From positions 2,208,001-2,272,000 of the forward strand of contig CAXXJV010000001.1 of NCBI GenBank assembly GCA_963663475.2: DNA of 64,000 nucleotides, read 5' to 3'. Source of the stretch: Candidatus Cloacimonadales bacterium (GTDB lineage: Bacteria > Cloacimonadota > Cloacimonadia > Cloacimonadales > JAFGVF01). Positions 59,389-64,000 of this stretch are shown here, in pieces; within the stretch, counting starts at the first letter, position 1; every line of letters starts with the position of its first letter. The notes beneath the pieces were generated by a model. That model made no database searches. It was not told the origin of the DNA and saw only the letters and a program-made list of their open reading frames with translations. The position numbers and the translations under genes are program-made.

Positions 59389-61871
59389 TAGTCCTCAACA
59401 ACATCATCTGGGATGATAATTTTTTCACGTATGATAGAGAAAGTGGAAGTTTCCTCTCTTGCAATATTAAAAACAGAGGAAAGAATATCAAAGATATTAA
59501 TCCCAATAAGTTTCTTTTCTACTAAAAGACCATTAGTTAAGAGCTGAATTTTTGAAACATTATCTTTAATATCTAGTTCAAGAGTCTTTTTCTTTTTTTC
59601 TTTAGTAATTTTCCAAGAAGATTGATTTTCGTATTGCTTGACGCCTTCTATAATATTAAGAGCAAATTTCTGGTCGGGAATAATTTTAATGAGTTCTGAT
59701 GAAATTGAATCTAGGTTGCGTTTATCATTTCCTGTTAGTCTTTTAACATCAAAAATCTTCATTTCGTTATAATCAACGAAAGAAAAAGCTTGCAAGATTT
59801 CTTGACAGGTATAATTGCTATTAGATTGAATTTCAAAGAATTCGTTCAAGCCTTCGATACCCAAAGATAAAGGAGGTGCTAGTTTAATTTTTGGATGATG
59901 ATTAAAGCCTTGAGTATATATAACCTGTAGATTACTCTTTCTTACTATTCTATAAATCATTCTCATGAGATCAAGATGACCAACATATTTAAGGATTCCA
60001 GTCTTTTGATAATAAATCCGGTAGTAATATCTAGGTGAGATATCACTTAATGGCTCTTGCGAGTTATTTTTTAAAACAAAATCAGCAGCTAGTTTAGTGA
60101 AAATATTTTTCCCTAAGCTTAGTCTGTGATCTTGGTCACAAACTCCACAATCTGTGCAATAACTCAGGCAGCCCTCAGTAGTTTCTTCAGCTATCGCTTT
60201 TTGATTCTCAGCTATTAAGAACTCTTTTTTAATACTTAAATCAATTTTATCCCAAGGGAAAACATAATCTTGAGGATATTCTTTGATAAAACTGCTATAA
60301 TCTATCCCAGTATCAGCAAATGTTTTTTCCCATTTCTTAAAATCGAAGAATTCTCTCCAACCATCAAAATATACTCCATTTTCATAGGCTTTAATTAAGG
60401 CTTCATTTAAGCTGGCATCACCCCTAGCGAAAATGGCTTCGAGCAGAGAAGATTCAATTTCATGGTATTTAATTTTAATATATTTAAAGGAAGAAAAAGC
60501 ATTTTTAATCTTGATAGCACGGGCTAAAAGTCTTTCTTTATCAAGCATAGCTGCCCATTGGAAAGGAGTATGAGGTTTAGGTACGAAAGGAGAAATAGTC
60601 ACATTAATGCTTAATTTCTTGCCAGCCTTAAGTCTAATTTTATTAATAAGATTGATAATTTCATCAATATCTTCATCATTTTCATAAGGAAGACCAATCA
60701 TAAAATACAATTTTACAAGCTGCCAATTGAATCTTAAAGCAGTATCAATGCCTTCTAATATTTCATCTTCAGTGATATTTTTATTTATGATATTTCTTAA
60801 TCTTTGAGACCCTGCTTCTGGAGCTATAGTAAGCCCTGTTTTACCTAAATTTTCAACAAGTGTTATAAGAGAATCATCTAAGGTATCAACCCGTAAAGAA
60901 GGCAAAGAAACTTTTGTTTCTGAATCACCTAATCTTTTTTTCATTTCGATTAACAGAGGCTTTATACAGAAGTAATCTGAAGATGATAAGGAAGATAAAT
61001 TTACTTCTTCCCAACCATTATTTTGGATTTCTAACAACATGTCTTGTAGAATATCTTGTGCATTCCTCTCTCTTACAGGACGGTAAAAATATCCAGCATG
61101 ACAGAATCTACATCCTCGAGAGCATCCTCTCATAATTTCGGCTACATATCTATCGTGAGTAGCTTGTTGCCAAGCTATCAGCTGATTATTATGCTTGGCT
61201 GAATTGTCCGAAAATTTCCAATATTTACGAATAGTTACGGATTCCTGTTGAAGAGAAGGTACATACCAACCAGGGCATTTTGCTAAATCTTCTAGTATCT
61301 GTTTTTTATTATTTCTTCCATGTTTGGCTATTAAATCTTTTATCTCAATAATAGCTTCTTCCCCTTCACCAATTAAAACTGCATCAAAAATTTTACTCAA
61401 AGGAGCTGGATTTGTGATACTAGGTCCTCCTCCAATAATTAAAGGGAATGCAGCTCTATCTTTAGCATAATAAGGGATTTGAGCTAAATCTAACATATAG
61501 ATAATATTAGAAAAATTTAACTCTGATTGGAGTGTGAAACCTAAAAGGTCAAAATCTTTCAAAGCAACCTTACTTTCAATTGCAAAAAGTGGCTTATTGT
61601 TGGCTTTAAGCAAGTCGCCCATATCAGGCCAAGGAGCATAGGCTCTGTCTGCTATTGAATTTTCTTGATTATTCAAAATAGAATATAGTATTTTAAGACC
61701 TAGATGAGAAAAACCAACTTCATAAAGATCGGGAAATACTAAACAGATATTTACTAAATCTTCTGATAAAGTTACATTGTAGGCATTCAATTCTAGACCT
61801 ATATATCGTGAAGGTTTATTAACTGATGCAAGTAAGCTACTCACATCTACTTTTTTATATTGTTCATTCAT
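59388..61871 (-). CDS. TIGR03960-type radical SAM protein fused to a TIGR03936/DUF2344-type domain
   Basis: KPSRY, FPDLYEVG, CSRGCRFC, APEAGSQRLR and FVPKPHTPFQW; C-terminal HLDLMR...TQGFNHHPK...LSLG. Confidence 0.85.
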   Translation of the reverse strand: MNEQYKKVDVSSLLASVNKPSRYIGLELNAYNVTLSEDLVNICLVFPDLYEVGFSHLGLKILYSILNNQENSIADRAYAPWPDMGDLLKANNKPLFAIESKVALKDFDLLGFTLQSELNFSNIIYMLDLAQIPYYAKDRAAFPLIIGGGPSITNPAPLSKIFDAVLIGEGEEAIIEIKDLIAKHGRNNKKQILEDLAKCPGWYVPSLQQESVTIRKYWKFSDNSAKHNNQLIAWQQATHDRYVAEIMRGCSRGCRFCHAGYFYRPVRERNAQDILQDMLLEIQNNGWEEVNLSSLSSSDYFCIKPLLIEMKKRLGDSETKVSLPSLRVDTLDDSLITLVENLGKTGLTIAPEAGSQRLRNIINKNITEDEILEGIDTALRFNWQLVKLYFMIGLPYENDEDIDEIINLINKIRLKAGKKLSINVTISPFVPKPHTPFQWAAMLDKERLLARAIKIKNAFSSFKYIKIKYHEIESSLLEAIFARGDASLNEALIKAYENGVYFDGWREFFDFKKWEKTFADTGIDYSSFIKEYPQDYVFPWDKIDLSIKKEFLIAENQKAIAEETTEGCLSYCTDCGVCDQDHRLSLGKNIFTKLAADFVLKNNSQEPLSDISPRYYYRIYYQKTGILKYVGHLDLMRMIYRIVRKSNLQVIYTQGFNHHPKIKLAPPLSLGIEGLNEFFEIQSNSNYTCQEILQAFSFVDYNEMKIFDVKRLTGNDKRNLDSISSELIKIIPDQKFALNIIEGVKQYENQSSWKITKEKKKKTLELDIKDNVSKIQLLTNGLLVEKKLIGINIFDILSSVFNIAREETSTFSIIREKIIIPDDVVED

Positions 61872-61929
61872 TATTATTATTAAAATTCCTTTAGACTATT
61901 TAATTTTATATGTTTGAGAGAATATATTC

Positions 61930-62436
61930 CTACTCAAATTGTACTAAAAATGATAATTCTCGGTTTAAAGCACTATAGGTATTCATTTTTATTGTAAAAA
62001 CATTTATGCCAAAAATAAACTCATTATACTCGTCAGGAACCTCTATATCTATACTATTTTCAGCAGCCTTCAGAGCCTCTTTATCAATCCTACTAATAGC
62101 AGATAAAGCTAAATAGAGAGCATCGTAAGATTCAATAAATTGAGTATGCAAGAATTTAACTTTCACTGTAGATGGTTTAATTTTAACTATAGCCTTTAAA
62201 TACTCTTCTAAGGAATTTAAATAATCCCCTTGTAAATAGTCAATAAGTTCATATAGTGCTTGAGAATCTTCTTGTGAGATTCTTTCTAATAAGTCCTCAA
62301 GAGTTGGATTTGATACAAGATCCTGATACTTCTCCATCTCTTGGGCATAGGATTCTAAATCCGCTTTTAAGCCCTGACTAAATACTAATCCAATCATTAG
62401 TAGTAATATACATGTAAGTGAAATTCTTTTTAACAT
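61930..62436 (-). CDS. Hypothetical exported helical protein
   Basis: N-terminal signal peptide; shares a stop/start base with the upstream hldD. Confidence 0.65.
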   Translation of the reverse strand: MLKRISLTCILLLMIGLVFSQGLKADLESYAQEMEKYQDLVSNPTLEDLLERISQEDSQALYELIDYLQGDYLNSLEEYLKAIVKIKPSTVKVKFLHTQFIESYDALYLALSAISRIDKEALKAAENSIDIEVPDEYNEFIFGINVFTIKMNTYSALNRELSFLVQFE

Positions 62437-63404
62437 TAATAGATCCTCATACCCTTAGCTAAATAGTTTTGTACATAATCTTTTACGCCATCTTCAAGAC
62501 TAGTAAAGCCTTTATCCCAGCCAGCTTCAATTAACTTGTCATTATCTGCTTGCGTAAAATACTGATATTTTCCTTGTAAATGTTCAGGCATATCAATATA
62601 TTTAATTTGCTCTTGATAACCTAAACTAGTAAATACTGCTCTGGCTAAATCATTCCATGTTCTTGCCTGACCTGTCCCAATATTGAAAACTCCATTTATT
62701 GATGGATTTTTCATCATCCACCAGATTATCTTTACTACATCTTTTACATAAATAAAGTCTCTCTTTTGTTCACCATCTAAATATTGCTCATTATATGACT
62801 TAAATAGCTTTACTTGACCGCTAGCTTTAATCTGATTAAAAGAATTATAAACAACACTAGTCATAGACCCTTTATGATATTCATTAGGGCCATAGACATT
62901 GAAAAATCTTAGACTGCATACAGAATCAATAAAACCCATTCTTAAAGCAACTTCATCCATATATTGCTTAGAATATCCATACATATTTAAAGGACGATAT
63001 TTGAAAAGATTATCATGTTGATCTGAGTAACCAAGACTTCCATCACCATAGCTAGCTGCTGAACTTGCGTAAATGAAACGAACTTGATTTTCTAAAGACC
63101 ATTCCATCAGTATTCTGGTATATTCTGTATTATTTTGATAAAGGTAATCAGCATCTAGTTCAGTTGTAGATGAACAGGCTCCCATATGGATGATTGCCTC
63201 TACCTGAGGATAAACACCTTCAAGTAATTCTTCTATAAATCTATCCTTATGTATATATTCATTATATTTCTTTCCTACTAAGTTCTTCCACTTTTCTGTC
63301 TTACCCAAATTATCTACTATAACAATGTCCTCTATTCCCTTTTTATTTAAATATGAGACTAGAACACTTCCTATAAAACCAGCTCCTCCAGTTACTATAA
63401 TCAT
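62436..63404 (-). CDS. hldD: ADP-L-glycero-D-manno-heptose 6-epimerase
   Basis: VTGGAGFIGS, HMGACSSTTE, YGYSK and FFNVYGPNEYHKG motifs; ATG at 63404 follows a GGAG SD. Confidence 0.93.
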   Translation of the reverse strand: MIIVTGGAGFIGSVLVSYLNKKGIEDIVIVDNLGKTEKWKNLVGKKYNEYIHKDRFIEELLEGVYPQVEAIIHMGACSSTTELDADYLYQNNTEYTRILMEWSLENQVRFIYASSAASYGDGSLGYSDQHDNLFKYRPLNMYGYSKQYMDEVALRMGFIDSVCSLRFFNVYGPNEYHKGSMTSVVYNSFNQIKASGQVKLFKSYNEQYLDGEQKRDFIYVKDVVKIIWWMMKNPSINGVFNIGTGQARTWNDLARAVFTSLGYQEQIKYIDMPEHLQGKYQYFTQADNDKLIEAGWDKGFTSLEDGVKDYVQNYLAKGMRIY

Positions 63405-63405
63405 C

Positions 63406-64000
63406 TTACACTCCTTTAAATTCAAAAATTAACAATAGAAAATAGAATATAGGTGCAGATACAAATAAAGAATCAAATCTATCAATAATTCCACCATGAC
63501 CTGGTATCAGATTAGAAGAATCTTTTACGTTTAAATCACGTTTAATTATTGATTCTATCAAGTCGCCAAACTGTCCAAATATACCTGCTGAAATAATAGC
63601 ATATACAATGTGCCAGCCCATGAACCAATCAGTTGTTAAATATATAATTGCACCTACTAAGCCTGTTAAGAAAAAACCACCTAAAAAACCTTCTAAGGAT
63701 TTCTTAGGACTAGCTTTAAAAATATTTCTATGCTTACCAAATTTCATACCTACAAAATAGGCAAAGGAATCTGTTGTCCAGCAAAATACTTGTAATAATA
63801 AGACAAGTTTATAGTCTGGAAAATGACTAGATATCCTATAAATTGAGGCAGGCATTATTACTGTATAAACCATTGCCATTAATGAAAAACCAATGATGGA
63901 AGCTGTGTGCTCTATCTTATTCATTATCACATTGTTACCCGCTACAATAATAAAGGTGCCGATAATGGCAAAGTTTATATATTCAAAGCCTTTTAAAGCA
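63406..64000 (-). CDS. cdsA: Phosphatidate cytidylyltransferase (5' end beyond the window)
   Basis: DSFAYFVG, SPKKSLEG and GDLIESIIKR...KDS...PGHGGIIDRFD; the frame stays open to the window edge. Confidence 0.92.
   Translation of the reverse strand, partial: ALKGFEYINFAIIGTFIIVAGNNVIMNKIEHTASIIGFSLMAMVYTVIMPASIYRISSHFPDYKLVLLLQVFCWTTDSFAYFVGMKFGKHRNIFKASPKKSLEGFLGGFFLTGLVGAIIYLTTDWFMGWHIVYAIISAGIFGQFGDLIESIIKRDLNVKDSSNLIPGHGGIIDRFDSLFVSAPIFYFLLLIFEFKGV

Noticed and set aside
2894-61135. Numerous 60-120 aa antisense or out-of-frame ORFs in the track (e.g. 9802-10158, 25910-26224, 40811-41161)
   Set aside because: They are shadows of well-supported genes and have no independent motifs.

Overview
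This is an AT-rich, gene-dense bacterial chromosome segment of about 53 CDS and one tRNA-Ser(CGA). It comes from an anaerobic, diderm amino-acid fermenter, most likely Cloacimonadota (inferred from the YPNPFNP/FlgD-Ig sorting tail and the gene content). Most genes are housekeeping: RNA modification and decay (rimO, hflX, rnr, yicC, rlmD, dusB, tadA, pnp, rpsO), two 2-oxoacid:ferredoxin oxidoreductase operons, mce, gdhA, hutI, ahcY, sugar-nucleotide genes and DNA repair. I found no CRISPR array, prophage, transposase or integrase. The less obvious signals are: (1) a 28-bp dif-like site at 14406-14433, near where gene orientation shifts from mostly + to mostly -, so the window probably holds the replication terminus; (2) a 987-aa receiver/ATP-grasp/phosphohistidine-swivel protein that lacks the pyruvate-binding barrel, a candidate dikinase-type signalling kinase; (3) a set of nested non-coding elements (a palindromic MITE family with TTA/TAA target duplications, REP-like units, a ~31-bp module found in both, and long perfect palindromes), stacked at 31.4-31.8 kb and 55.8-57.0 kb; (4) several apparent pseudo-enzymes (BirA-like with a candidate operator, M29 peptidase-like, Cys-free HMA lipoprotein); and (5) a SpoVG-like gene in the hfq position upstream of hflX. 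All calls come from reading motifs by eye; no database searches were run.
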